DNA of 64,000 nucleotides, from NCBI GenBank assembly GCA_963674745.2, contig CAXXDV010000003.1:640001-704000 (forward strand). Direction: 5' to 3'. This document shows positions 9,690-19,715 of the stretch, one piece after another (within the stretch, counting starts at the first letter, position 1; each line of letters begins with the position of its first letter). A program made the translations under genes and the position numbers. Origin of the DNA: Desulfosudaceae bacterium (GTDB taxonomy: Bacteria; Desulfobacterota; Desulfobacteria; Desulfobacterales; Desulfosudaceae). The notes under the pieces were generated by a model. It searched no databases. It was given only the letters and a program-made list of their open reading frames with translations, and was not told where the DNA came from.

Positions 9690-11060
9690 TTAATCCTTTT
9701 TGCCTTTTATACCGCCAGTCCCAACAGAAGGGCCTTCTTTCATCACCTCCCATCGTCCGGCCTTGGTCGGTCCTACATGGCGGATTTTTCCAGCCTGTTT
9801 GAGCTTTTTCAGATGGTATTTAATACCGTTTTCAGAAATACCGATCTGTTGCGCCAGGCGTTTACCCGTTATCGACGGTAAAGACATCATGAGAACCATG
9901 ATTTTTTCTTGGGTAGTTTCTTGGGTAGTTTCTTGGGAAGTTTCTTGGGTAGTGCTACCCATAATATCTTCCCCTTTATAAGAGGGCCGGTCAAAGGCGG
10001 CAATAAAAAGGCCGCCGACCTCTTTAAATTGTACGGTCGGTTCTTTTTCCAGAATCAGGGTCATGCCCCGTCCCCAGGCCTCCACCATGTCAATGCGGCG
10101 GAAGAGATCGGCGATCAGCGGGTTGCGGCGTTTGGAGACATTGCCCTTGCGCAGATCGTCGATGGTCAGGTTGCCGTAAAGCTTTCCGGGATTGCGGATT
10201 TCCACGCGGTCTTTGAAGACGGCCACCTGCACGTAATCGGGATCGTAATAGTCCCGGTGACAAAAGGCGTTGATGATGGCCTCCCGCAGGGCCTCCACGG
10301 ATATTTCCGGCACATCCACCCGGCGCATCCCTTCCAGCCGCATGCCGATATGAATATTTTTTAAAATGTATTTCTGGGCCTCATCGATCAGCTCAAGGAT
10401 ATCACCGTCAAAATCGTGCCGATCGATGATAGTGGCGGTTTGGGTGGTCAGAAACACCGCGCATCGTAATTGCAGCGGTTTTTTGCCGAAAAAAAGTCTG
10501 GCTGCGTTGAGCAGACGTCCGTCTTTAATGAGCCCCAGTTTGGTCAAGGTATTGGCCGTATTATCCCAGGCAAGGTTTGCCCGGGCCACAAAGCGTTTCA
10601 GTTTGACCTGGCTAATGTCGGCCGGGGTAATTGTGCCGGGTTGATTGTCCCACCGCATGGATTCCCGGCTCTGGGCGGTCAGCAAAACGCTAAGTTGTTT
10701 TACACTCAGTTGACGGTCTTCATCGGCGACCCGCATAAAAGCCCGGCCATATGCAAAGTAGGGCGTGTCGTTACCACTGAACTCGATTTTGATGCACCGC
10801 TTGCCTTTGATGGTAACTTTTGTAACTTTTGGGAATATCTTGGGTTCGATATGAGCGGCAATGGCCTGGGACAGATCACGCAGGGTTTTGCCACCGACCG
10901 GCATCCCGGTGGCGACACCGTCATTGCGAACCCCGAACCACAGTGTTCCGGCCTGGTGCTTGTTCAATATGGCCGTCATGGATATGATCCCTTGCTTTAG
11001 TTCGGCCAGGCTTTTTTTCAACTCAACAGTCTCGCTCTCGTGAAGGTCATGCTTTGTCAT
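9690..11060 (-). CDS. AlbA_2 (Schlafen-like) + HATPase_c_4 + HTH protein (often annotated as RecG-like ATP-binding protein)
   Basis: ESETVELKKS, AILN...GTLWFGV; ALREAIINAFCHRDY, RNPG, RRNPLIA, EAWGRG; C-terminal wHTH and HVGPTKAGRW. Confidence 0.88.
   Translation of the reverse strand: MTKHDLHESETVELKKSLAELKQGIISMTAILNKHQAGTLWFGVRNDGVATGMPVGGKTLRDLSQAIAAHIEPKIFPKVTKVTIKGKRCIKIEFSGNDTPYFAYGRAFMRVADEDRQLSVKQLSVLLTAQSRESMRWDNQPGTITPADISQVKLKRFVARANLAWDNTANTLTKLGLIKDGRLLNAARLFFGKKPLQLRCAVFLTTQTATIIDRHDFDGDILELIDEAQKYILKNIHIGMRLEGMRRVDVPEISVEALREAIINAFCHRDYYDPDYVQVAVFKDRVEIRNPGKLYGNLTIDDLRKGNVSKRRNPLIADLFRRIDMVEAWGRGMTLILEKEPTVQFKEVGGLFIAAFDRPSYKGEDIMGSTTQETSQETTQETTQEKIMVLMMSLPSITGKRLAQQIGISENGIKYHLKKLKQAGKIRHVGPTKAGRWEVMKEGPSVGTGGIKGKKD
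9906..9953. repeat. Coding tandem repeat, 4 x 12 bp (TTQE linker)
   Basis: TTCTTGGGTAGT x4 with one variant copy, encoding TTQETSQETTQETTQE. Confidence 0.9.
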
Positions 11061-11227
11061 TGGATTATTCCTTCCATGGATTCTCTTTTATGGCATCCTG
11101 CCTGATTGTTATACCTATGCTGCGCCCCTTTTCTGAGATACCCTTTAATATAACATCCGCCGGAGCTTGTAAAATAAAAATGCGGATAAAAAACAAATAA
11201 ATTTCGGTTGGTTGGTAACCGAAAACA

Positions 11228-11536
11228 GGGTACGGCACGCCGTGCTCAAAATGGAAACGATTCACAATCGGGCACGGCACGCCGTGCCCCTACGGTTCGG
11301 GGTATCCCGTTGACATTGTAGGGTGGGCGACCGGCCGGTCTCCCAATTGTTCGCGATCCGGGATAGGGCGACCCGCCGGTCGCCCCTACAAGGCGCAGCA
11401 AATAACCCTGCCCCGCCGTTCGTCCGATTGTGTCGGTATGTGTGTGTAGGCACGACCCGCCGGTCGCCCCTCAGGCTCCGGCAATTAACCCTGTCGTACA
11501 GGCCCCGGCAATTAACGCTGGTCCGCCGTGCCCCTA
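11228..11536. repeat. REP cluster (mixed GTAG palindrome types) with a 22-bp direct repeat
   Basis: GGGCACGGCACGCCGTGCCCCTAC (11270-11293); GGGCGACC(C/G)GCCGGTC(G/T)CCC-type copies near 11325, 11366 and 11450; CAGGCYCCGGCAATTAACSCTG at 11472-11493 and 11499-11520. Confidence 0.85.
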
Positions 11537-12988
11537 AGGGTTTCCGCGGATGATGCGGATGATCAGGTTCTCCAGGATCAAACGCTGGTCCAGGCGGCTG
11601 CTCTTTAGCTGCCGGTCGGTTTCTGCCAGCGCCGTTAAAGCGGCCAGCAGTTCGGTAGTTGAAAAGGCGGCGGCTTTTTTGAAGTTCTGATAGGTGGGAA
11701 AAGGGCTGGCCGGGTTGGGGGAAATCAACAGATCAGAGGTTGGTGCTTTACGTTTGCCCGGTTTTTTGCCCGTGTCCTGGTCAGGCAGCAGCGCCTGTTG
11801 CTGGTCGAGGTGTTCGCGGATCCGGTTATCATAGTCGGTTATAGCCGGCAGCGTTTTTTTTCTGAAAGCGTCAAAAGGCATTGCATCATGCCAGTTCTTG
11901 TTTTGATCGTTGTCCATAAAGTCACGGATAACCAGCAACTTCCGGGTCTGGTTGACGATGGCGGCAATTACCTGGAGTGGGTGCAGGGGCTCGGCGCCGG
12001 ATAAAAGGCTGTCCAGCAGAAAAAGGGCCTGGGGAATATTCCTATCAAAAAGTGCCCCGGTGAGCTCATAAATCGGGTCTTTTTTTGTCCGCTTGAGCAG
12101 TTCGGTGACATCCGAAGCGGTTATGACCGTGCGGTCGCCTGTGAAAGCGATCAGTTTTTCCAGGCTGCTATGAAACGTCCGCAGGTCAAATCCGGTCATG
12201 TTGCGCAGTGCGTTAAATGCGTCCTGGGCCATGGTTTTCCCCCTGGCTTCAAGAACAGTCCGCATGATTTCGGCAAGGGCTGTTTCCTGTTTGGCGCGAT
12301 CCGCACGGTTGTCCCGGGTGGGGACACTGCAATCGATCACAACACCCCGTTCTTTTATGGTTTTGTATAGCTTGCGTCGTTTATCGACATTTTCGGCGGT
12401 GATCAGCAGGTGGTTGCCGGGTGCGAATCCTTTTTCAATGGCTGTTGTCAAGGTGGTGACCGCGTCAGCGACAGTTGTTGGGCCCAATGCCCGGTCACGA
12501 CAATAACCGGTTATCGTTTCAAGCCATGAGGGATCATTGTCTGTTGCTTCAGCGTCTTTTTGATGGATCCGTGAGCGGTCGTCGGCGGACATGTCCTCTA
12601 AATCGATGTCCATCAATGATAGCAGTTTTATAAACAGGTCGGCACCCTTTTTCAGATTCCCGTCCGTGACGGACGTTTTGATCCGTTGAACCAGATCACC
12701 GGCGTTATCTTTGGAATAAAAGATGCCGGCATCCGTCAGACCGATTACTTTGGACTCCGCATCCAGCGAAAAGGTATTGACGCGCTCAACAGCCTCATAC
12801 GTGTTGTCATCGGTCCCGGCCAGTTCTTCTAAAGAGAATTCCCGGCGATCTTCGGGGATGATACGGTCGATCAATTTCTGATAAACTGATTTGTAAAGGT
12901 ATTCTTCGCCGAAAATCAGGTAGACGCCGGCCGGTGAAAAATCGTCACTGATATAAGATTTAAACTGGCTGTAGGTTATTTCGGCCAT
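11534..12988 (-). CDS. holA: DNA polymerase III subunit delta
   Basis: VYLIFGEEYL, VDKRRKLYK, LEKLIAF, IYELT, TDRQLKSS; ATG at 12988 overlaps the lgt stop (TAATG). Confidence 0.85.
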   Translation of the reverse strand: MAEITYSQFKSYISDDFSPAGVYLIFGEEYLYKSVYQKLIDRIIPEDRREFSLEELAGTDDNTYEAVERVNTFSLDAESKVIGLTDAGIFYSKDNAGDLVQRIKTSVTDGNLKKGADLFIKLLSLMDIDLEDMSADDRSRIHQKDAEATDNDPSWLETITGYCRDRALGPTTVADAVTTLTTAIEKGFAPGNHLLITAENVDKRRKLYKTIKERGVVIDCSVPTRDNRADRAKQETALAEIMRTVLEARGKTMAQDAFNALRNMTGFDLRTFHSSLEKLIAFTGDRTVITASDVTELLKRTKKDPIYELTGALFDRNIPQALFLLDSLLSGAEPLHPLQVIAAIVNQTRKLLVIRDFMDNDQNKNWHDAMPFDAFRKKTLPAITDYDNRIREHLDQQQALLPDQDTGKKPGKRKAPTSDLLISPNPASPFPTYQNFKKAAAFSTTELLAALTALAETDRQLKSSRLDQRLILENLIIRIIRGNP

Positions 12989-13764
12989 TATTGGCTGTTG
13001 CGTTTGTTTCGAATGGTTATAATGATTAAACATATGGCGGCAAATATGGCTGCCGCCAGGCCGATCGTCTGGGATGTGGAAAGAAAATCAAATATCGGCC
13101 GACCTCGTTCATCGCCCCTGAAGAGTTCGATAAAGGATCGAGACAGACCGTAAAGCAGAAGATAGAAAAAAATCATCCGCCCGGAGAATTTACCTGAGCG
13201 GTGCATCAGCAGCAGGACAAGGAAAATCAGAAAATTACCGGCCGAACTGTAAAGCTGGGTCGGATGCAAAGGCGTGTGCAGTGGCCAGGCCAGGGAGTCC
13301 TTGTTGGTGAAGGTGACGGCCCAGGGCAGGCTGCATGACTTGCCGTAGCAGCATCCGGCAAAAAAGCATCCGATTCTGGCCACGCTGTGGGCCAGGGGCG
13401 TACCGACCGCAATTATATCCATGATTTTGCCTAACGGCAATTTCTGCTGTCTGACATAGATAAGCACAAAGGCAAAGCCGGCCAGAAAACCGCCATAAAA
13501 TACCAGCCCGCCCTTCCAGAGCTTGAAAATTTCAAGCGGATCGTCGCGGAATAATGGAAAGTACAAGACAACGTAAAACAAGCGGGAACCGACAAGTCCG
13601 GCAATAATGCTGTAAAAAAAAAGATTCAAAAGCGGTTCAGATGGCAATTCCTGCTTTTTGGCCTGATAAAGAACAAACCAGAGCGCGGTCAGCAGCGCCA
13701 ATGCTGAAAAAAAGCCGTAGGTATAAATGGTCAGCGGGCCGATTTTAAATAAGACAGGATGCAT
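12988..13764 (-). CDS. lgt: Prolipoprotein diacylglyceryl transferase
   Basis: MHPVLF, GSRLFYV, GGLVFYGG, RIGCFFAGCCYG, HPTQLY, IELFRGD. Confidence 0.95.
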   Translation of the reverse strand: MHPVLFKIGPLTIYTYGFFSALALLTALWFVLYQAKKQELPSEPLLNLFFYSIIAGLVGSRLFYVVLYFPLFRDDPLEIFKLWKGGLVFYGGFLAGFAFVLIYVRQQKLPLGKIMDIIAVGTPLAHSVARIGCFFAGCCYGKSCSLPWAVTFTNKDSLAWPLHTPLHPTQLYSSAGNFLIFLVLLLMHRSGKFSGRMIFFYLLLYGLSRSFIELFRGDERGRPIFDFLSTSQTIGLAAAIFAAICLIIITIRNKRNSQ

Positions 13765-13766
13765 GG

Positions 13767-14249
13767 TTATACCGGTACTTTTTTTACGATAATAAAGAAC
13801 AGCAGCACGGCCATTCCAATGGAAATGGCACTGTCAGCCAGGTTGAAAGCCGGCCAGTGCATCAGATACAGGTCAAAATCAAGAAAATCGACCACCGCGC
13901 CGTAGCGGAACCGGTCGATCAGGTTGCCCACCGCCCCGCCGAATATAAGGGACAGCCCGGCCAGTAAAAAGGGATGCTTGCGGGGGGTCTTGACATACAG
14001 GTAGAGAATGAACCCCGCGGCCAGCAAAGACACCAGAATAAAGAGGGTAATGCGGATCTGGTGTGTTTGCCCGGCCAGAAAGCCGAAGGCGCCGCCGGGG
14101 TTGTGGACCCGGGTAATATTAAAGAACCCGGGAATAACGGTAATGGTCTGATATGCTGAAAGGTACTTCAGAATTATCAGTTTTGTGACCTGATCCAGTA
14201 GGATGGTCAGGCCGGCAACAATAAAAATGATCAGATGTTTAGGGCTCAT
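13767..14249 (-). CDS. lspA: Lipoprotein signal peptidase II
   Basis: DQVTK, NPGGAFG, GGAVGNLIDR, VVDF, WPAFNLAD. Confidence 0.97.
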   Translation of the reverse strand: MSPKHLIIFIVAGLTILLDQVTKLIILKYLSAYQTITVIPGFFNITRVHNPGGAFGFLAGQTHQIRITLFILVSLLAAGFILYLYVKTPRKHPFLLAGLSLIFGGAVGNLIDRFRYGAVVDFLDFDLYLMHWPAFNLADSAISIGMAVLLFFIIVKKVPV

Positions 14250-14259
14250 TCTTTATGCT

Positions 14260-17055
14260 TTACATTCTGTCCAGGGCATCCCGGCATCGCTTGCAGAGGG
14301 TCGGATGGGTCTGGTCCTGCCCAACGCTGACATCATAAATCCAGCAACGCTCGCATTTGTTCCCCGGCGCCTGGCTGACCGCAATAGAAAGACCTTCCAG
14401 TTCCCGGCTTTGAAAACCGGCCGTTATATCCCCGCGGCCTGCCAGTTCTACCCGGGAAACAATAAACAGCTGTCGGAGGATGTCGGTATATTTTTTCAAT
14501 ACCTTTGCCGGTCGATGCTCCGCGTTCATGGTAATCTGGGCATCGAGGGGATGACCGATCAGTTTCTGGGCTCGCGCCGCCTCCAGGGCCTTGGTGACCT
14601 CCCCGCGGATTTTGAGCAGGATTGCCCATTCTTCAGCCAGCTGGCGGTCTTCCCAACGGGTATCGGCTTCCGGCAGCAGGGCTAAATGAATGCTTTCCGG
14701 CGCATTCGTTTCTTCGGGAAGAAACCGCCACAGTTCTTCGGCTGTAAAAGGAAGGATCGGCGCCATGAGACGTGCCAGGCTGCTGATGATGGTATACATG
14801 ACGGTCTGGGCGCTTTTTCGGTCAGGGTCCTTCGGGGCCGCCGGGTATAAACGATCTTTCATGATGTCGAGATAGAAAGCGGACAGGTCCACCGTACAGA
14901 AATTATAGAGCCGGTGATAGACGACATGAAACTCATACTCATCGTAGGCCTGACGGAGTTTGTTGATCAACCGGCCCAGGCTGAGCAGCATATAACGGTC
15001 GAGTTCAGGCATGTTTTCCAGGGGAACGACGTCCCTGGCCGGAGAAAAGTCGGACAGGTTGCCGAGAAGGAAACGGCAGGTGTTCCGGATTTTTTTATAG
15101 GCATCACTGAGCTGGTTGATGATGTTGTCGGAAATGCGGATATCTTCCCGGTAATCTGATGCCGCCGCCCATAACCGCAGGATTTCGGTCCCGTACTTTT
15201 TGATGATTTTATCCGGGGCAACCACGTTGCCGACCGACTTGGACATTTTCTTGCCTTTGCCGTCCACGACAAAGCCATGCGTCAGAACCGCCTTATACGG
15301 GGACGTGCCCCGGGTGCCCACCGCCGTCAGCATCGCGCTGTGAAACCATCCCCGGTGCTGATCGCTGCCTTCCAGGTAAAGGTCGGCCGGCCAGCCCAGG
15401 TTTTTCCTCATTTCAAGAACCGCAGCATGACTGACGCCGGAATCAAACCAGACATCAAGGATATCGTTTTCCTTGATCAGTTCTTTTGAGCCGCATGAAG
15501 GACAGACGGCATCGGCACCGATAAAGGTTTCAGCGTCCGTTTCAAACCAGATGTCCGAACCGTTGGTTTTAAACAGGTCATATATTTTTTCCTGAATCGT
15601 TTTGTTCATCAGGACAGCGCCGCAGACCTTGCAGAAAAAAATCGTGATGGGGACACCCCAGGAACGCTGGCGTGAAATACACCAGTCCGGCCGGTTTTCA
15701 ATCATGCCGTAAATCCGCTCTCTGCCCCAGGCGGGAATCCAGGTGACCTTGTCTATCTGTTCCAGTGCCTTCTGACGCAGGCCGGTTTTTTCCATGGAAA
15801 TGAACCATTGCGCCGTGGCCCGGAAGATAACCGGTTTTTTACAGCGCCAGCAATGGGGGTAGGAATGGGTAAAGGACGCCTCTTTGATCAGGGCCTGTTG
15901 TTCCGCCAGTTTTTCAGTGATGACGCTGTTGGCCTTAAACACGAACTGGCCTGCAAACATTTCGACATTTTCTGAAAAACAACCGTTGTCTTCAACCGGT
16001 GAGTAGATGTCGAGCCCGTATTTCAGTGCGGCTTCGTAGTCTTCGGCACCATGACCGGGAGCCGTATGCACGCAGCCGGTACCGGCTTCAAGGGTAACAT
16101 GGCGGCCGTTGATGACCAGGGATTTCCGGTCATATAAAGGATGGGAAAACGCTCTTTTCTCAAGCAGGGTACCCGGGAAACGCTTGAGGACCGTGTATTC
16201 GGCGATATCGAAGGCTCCCATGCAGCGGCTGACCAGTTCCGAGGCCAGGATCAGCACGCCGTGATCGGGTGTTTCAACGGCCGCGTATTCGAATTCCGGG
16301 TGCAGCGCGATGGCCAGGTTGGCCGGCAAGGTCCAGGGGGTCGTCGTCCAGATGACGATGGAAACGGATTTGTCATTTAATTCCGGCATGATGTCGGACA
16401 GGTCGTCTCTGGCCGCAAATTTGACGTAAATTGACGGCGACGGCACATCGGCATATTCAATTTCCGCTTCGGCCAGGGCGGTCTGGCAGCTGCAACACCA
16501 GTGAATCGGTTTTTTATGCCGGACCAGATTCCCGTTAAGGGCGAACTGGCAGCATTCTCTGGCAATAACGGCTTCGTATTCATAGTTCATGGTCAGATAG
16601 GGGTTTTCCCATTCTCCCATGACGCCAAGCCGTTTAAATTCATCCCGCTGAATATTGATATATTTATCCGCGTACTGCCGGCACAGGCCCCTTTTTTCAA
16701 CCTGTGACAGGGTGTGCTTTTTTGAGCCCAGCTCTTTATCGACATTATGTTCAATGGGAAGGCCGTGACAGTCCCAGCCCGGTACGTAACTGGCGCTGAA
16801 GCCGACCATTCTCCGACTGCGAATGATAAAATCTTTTAATATTTTGTTTAAGGCATGGCCGATATGAATCCTGCCGTTGGCATAGGGCGGGCCGTCATGC
16901 AGGATAAATCTGGGTTTGTCCTGGGTGGCGGTGTTGATTTTTTCATAAAGCCGATCCGTTTCCCATTGTTTTAACTGTTCCGGTTCACGCTGGACCAGGG
17001 AAGCCTTCATTGGAAACGATGTTGAAGGCAGGTTCAGCGTTTTTTTGTAATCCAT
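14260..17055 (-). CDS. ileS: Isoleucine--tRNA ligase
   Basis: MDYKKTLNLP start with GGAGG SD; LHDGPPYANG, HIGH, GWDCHGLPIE, EGSDQHRGWF, KMSKS; C-terminal CERCW...LCKRC zinc finger. Confidence 0.98.
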   Translation of the reverse strand: MDYKKTLNLPSTSFPMKASLVQREPEQLKQWETDRLYEKINTATQDKPRFILHDGPPYANGRIHIGHALNKILKDFIIRSRRMVGFSASYVPGWDCHGLPIEHNVDKELGSKKHTLSQVEKRGLCRQYADKYINIQRDEFKRLGVMGEWENPYLTMNYEYEAVIARECCQFALNGNLVRHKKPIHWCCSCQTALAEAEIEYADVPSPSIYVKFAARDDLSDIMPELNDKSVSIVIWTTTPWTLPANLAIALHPEFEYAAVETPDHGVLILASELVSRCMGAFDIAEYTVLKRFPGTLLEKRAFSHPLYDRKSLVINGRHVTLEAGTGCVHTAPGHGAEDYEAALKYGLDIYSPVEDNGCFSENVEMFAGQFVFKANSVITEKLAEQQALIKEASFTHSYPHCWRCKKPVIFRATAQWFISMEKTGLRQKALEQIDKVTWIPAWGRERIYGMIENRPDWCISRQRSWGVPITIFFCKVCGAVLMNKTIQEKIYDLFKTNGSDIWFETDAETFIGADAVCPSCGSKELIKENDILDVWFDSGVSHAAVLEMRKNLGWPADLYLEGSDQHRGWFHSAMLTAVGTRGTSPYKAVLTHGFVVDGKGKKMSKSVGNVVAPDKIIKKYGTEILRLWAAASDYREDIRISDNIINQLSDAYKKIRNTCRFLLGNLSDFSPARDVVPLENMPELDRYMLLSLGRLINKLRQAYDEYEFHVVYHRLYNFCTVDLSAFYLDIMKDRLYPAAPKDPDRKSAQTVMYTIISSLARLMAPILPFTAEELWRFLPEETNAPESIHLALLPEADTRWEDRQLAEEWAILLKIRGEVTKALEAARAQKLIGHPLDAQITMNAEHRPAKVLKKYTDILRQLFIVSRVELAGRGDITAGFQSRELEGLSIAVSQAPGNKCERCWIYDVSVGQDQTHPTLCKRCRDALDRM

Positions 17056-17193
17056 GGTGTCCTCCGGTAAAAGGTATAAACAACGCCCTATGTAAAGCAG
17101 AAACCCCGCAGGTGTCAAGCAAATACCTGACCAATGGCGGAGGGCCAGAGCCCCAGTAATACTCACAATTGACTCGTAAAGGCATTTGTGTTT

Positions 17194-17317
17194 GACGGCA
17201 ACGTAAAAAGTTCAAGGCCAAGGCGCGCAAATCTTGAGGAATGCAGCGTACTTAGGCGTACGTGAAATTCCGAAAGATGCAGCGCAACGCCGGCATTGGG
17301 CTTTTTACGTTGCCGTC
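17194..17317. mobile_element. MITE-like element, 124 bp, with perfect 17-bp terminal inverted repeats
   Basis: GACGGCAACGTAAAAAG (17194-17210) and CTTTTTACGTTGCCGTC (17301-17317); non-coding, between ccsB and ileS. Confidence 0.75.
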
Positions 17318-17318
17318 G

Positions 17319-18158
17319 TTATTGATAGCTGTGCAGGCCGGGCAGAAGGTTGACGCCGAAGTAGGTGAAAATGACGGCCGCGAAGCCGATAATGGATATC
17401 CAGGCAATGGTTTTGCCCTGCCAGCCCCGAACCAGCCGGGCATGAAGCAGGATGGCATAAATAAACCAGGTTACCAGGGACCATGTTTCTTTGGGGTCCC
17501 ATCCCCAGTAACGTCCCCAGGCGGTATTGGCCCAGACCGCGCCGGTGATGATGCCGATGGACAGGAAGAAGAACCCGAAAATAACGCTCTGGTAAATCAG
17601 GTCGTCCAGCACCTCCGCCGGTGGCAGCAGGGTGGCGGCCAGAGAATTTTTTTCCGTATCTCCGCCACGTTTCAACCCGATATACAGCAGGCTGATGCCG
17701 AAAGCGATGGCAAAGGCAGCATAACCGAGAAAACAGGTGATGACATGGGCGGTCAGCCAGTTGCTCTGCAAGGCCGGTATGAGCGGTTTGATCTGCTGGT
17801 CGATATCCGGCGACAAAGAAGCGTATGCCAGGGCGATGAATGCCAGGAGCACGGCAATGGCGCCGAAGGTCCGGGTTTTGAATTTGATTTCCATAAACAG
17901 GTAAATCGCACCGATGGAAAAGGCGAAAAAGACAAGTGATTCATAGAGGTTGGACAGGGGTGCGTGGCCTATCCCCATCTGATGGGATTCGATCCAGCGG
18001 GTAATAATGCCGGCCAGGTTGAGCATTACCGCTGCCGCCGTGACAATCGTACCCGCTTTTTCAGCCGGTTTGAACTTAAAGGAGAAACCCGCCATGTAAC
18101 AGACCACCGCCAGTCCGTAGACAAAGGTTGCTATTGATAACAAGAACGCGCTTTCCAT
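17319..18158 (-). CDS. ccsB: Cytochrome c biogenesis protein CcsB (CcsA/ResC family, system II)
   Basis: HAPLSNLYES, PALQSNWL, WWD domain GAVWA..AWGRYWGWDPKETW, GLHSY. Confidence 0.95.
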   Translation of the reverse strand: MESAFLLSIATFVYGLAVVCYMAGFSFKFKPAEKAGTIVTAAAVMLNLAGIITRWIESHQMGIGHAPLSNLYESLVFFAFSIGAIYLFMEIKFKTRTFGAIAVLLAFIALAYASLSPDIDQQIKPLIPALQSNWLTAHVITCFLGYAAFAIAFGISLLYIGLKRGGDTEKNSLAATLLPPAEVLDDLIYQSVIFGFFFLSIGIITGAVWANTAWGRYWGWDPKETWSLVTWFIYAILLHARLVRGWQGKTIAWISIIGFAAVIFTYFGVNLLPGLHSYQ

Positions 18159-18175
18159 ACAGCTTTCCTCATTTA

Positions 18176-19564
18176 TTACACGGTGTCTGTGTTAATTATT
18201 AATTCCGTCAGTTTGTGGCTCAGCATCCGGGCCTTATTCCTGGCCGCCGTCTGATTTTTGTTGGCTTTACCATAAACCGTTACCGTCGTTTTATTTCCTG
18301 AACCGGTCAGTTTGACGCAATATCTCTGATGGGAAAGGAAGAACGTAATATAAATGCCGGCGATAATCATCAGAAAACCGGCATAAACCAGGGGTACGCC
18401 CGGGTCATTTCTCATCTGCAGGCCGGTATAAAATACCGGCTCAAGACCGTTGACCGTGATGATCACCTCGCCCTGCCGCATCTTGTCAAAGCCGCGGAAT
18501 TTAACCGGCAGGGCCACCATTTCCCGATCGTCTCCCCTTGTCAGGGTGCCGATGAGGGTTTCGCCGATGTTGTGTTTCCCTTGAAACAGATATTCGTGAA
18601 GGAGCCTGTTGGCCGTAAATTTTCCCAGGTCCTCGGGGAGGTTGACGGCCTGGCCGATGTCAACGGTTTTTTGATACTGCATACCGGTTTTGCGGCTGGT
18701 AAAGGTGAGATCGATGTTTTTGGCCGAGGCCGTGCCGTAGCTGGACTGAAAAATGCGTACCCCCCGGAAACCAAGCGGTTTGTTGACCAGGATGTCCTTT
18801 TTCAAGACGAGTTCATTGCCATCCAGGATAGACAGGCTGGAACGGTACTCTTTGGGTTGGCCGTTATCGTGAAAGGAAACGCTAAAGTCATCACAACGAA
18901 CGGAAAACCCCAGGTTATAAGGCTGGTCTGAATTGGTCAGAAAAACATGGTCGGTGGTTTCGCCTTCCGGCAGGTTGATATAACCTTCAAAACCAAATAA
19001 AGAACCGATCAGCGCACCGGCCAGAAGGACCAGGATGCTCGAATGAACGATATAAACACCCAATCGGGAGAAACGGCCTTTTTCAGCAAACAGGAAGATA
19101 TCGTTGTCTGCCTGTTGTTCGGCGGTCCTGGAGAACTTCCGTTTAATCCGGGCCCGGAAAAGGGGCAGCACCTGGTCAACCGGTTTGTCTATCGTAACCG
19201 GCTCGGTGGCGCCGGATTTGCTGAAAGCGTTGGGAGAAAAAGAGGGGGTTTTTTCGAATACGATTTTAAAAACGGTTTTGATGCGATCCAGGGAACAGGC
19301 CAGGATGTTTAACGCCAGTAACAGCAGAAGCGCCTGAAACCAGAGAGAATGGTACATATCCAGAAGGTCGAGGCGGGACAGAACGGCGTAAAGTCGGTCG
19401 CCGAAATAATTCTGGTAATAAACCGTCGGCTTGTTCTGGGGGATCAGCGTGCCGATAACAGCAGCAGCGGCAATGGTTAACAGGATCCAGACCGTCAGCT
19501 TGATTGACGTCAGCTTTTTCCAAAGGGCCCCGGCAGGGGTTGATGTTGATTTTGACTCGGTCAT
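18176..19564 (-). CDS. resB: Cytochrome c biogenesis protein ResB/Ccs1
   Basis: GTLIPQ, MYHSLWF, ACSLDR, VHSSIL, VNKPL, FQSSY, TGLQMRNDPG; likely start ATG 19564. Confidence 0.92.
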   Translation of the reverse strand: MTESKSTSTPAGALWKKLTSIKLTVWILLTIAAAAVIGTLIPQNKPTVYYQNYFGDRLYAVLSRLDLLDMYHSLWFQALLLLLALNILACSLDRIKTVFKIVFEKTPSFSPNAFSKSGATEPVTIDKPVDQVLPLFRARIKRKFSRTAEQQADNDIFLFAEKGRFSRLGVYIVHSSILVLLAGALIGSLFGFEGYINLPEGETTDHVFLTNSDQPYNLGFSVRCDDFSVSFHDNGQPKEYRSSLSILDGNELVLKKDILVNKPLGFRGVRIFQSSYGTASAKNIDLTFTSRKTGMQYQKTVDIGQAVNLPEDLGKFTANRLLHEYLFQGKHNIGETLIGTLTRGDDREMVALPVKFRGFDKMRQGEVIITVNGLEPVFYTGLQMRNDPGVPLVYAGFLMIIAGIYITFFLSHQRYCVKLTGSGNKTTVTVYGKANKNQTAARNKARMLSHKLTELIINTDTV

Positions 19565-19715
19565 TATATTATTACTCTCAGAGACATCCGGGTTTACTAT
19601 GTTCGTTTGTAAATAACAAAATCCTCTGGTAAAGATCAATAGAAATATAACATATTGAAGGTTCATTTTCCGATTAGTTATAGTATACGGTTCAGTTCAG
19701 CCAAAGGTCTTGGAA

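Noticed and set aside
11228..11536. Possible CRISPR array
   Set aside because: Repeats are palindromic REP types in mixed orientation with irregular spacing; there is no constant repeat-spacer period and no cas genes.
11065..11553. Short ORFs over the REP cluster
   Set aside because: They are translations of palindromic repeats and promoter sequence with no coding signal.
17056..17193. T-box or other leader RNA upstream of ileS
   Set aside because: No T-box consensus recognised; the leader is short and the upstream structure is explained by a MITE.
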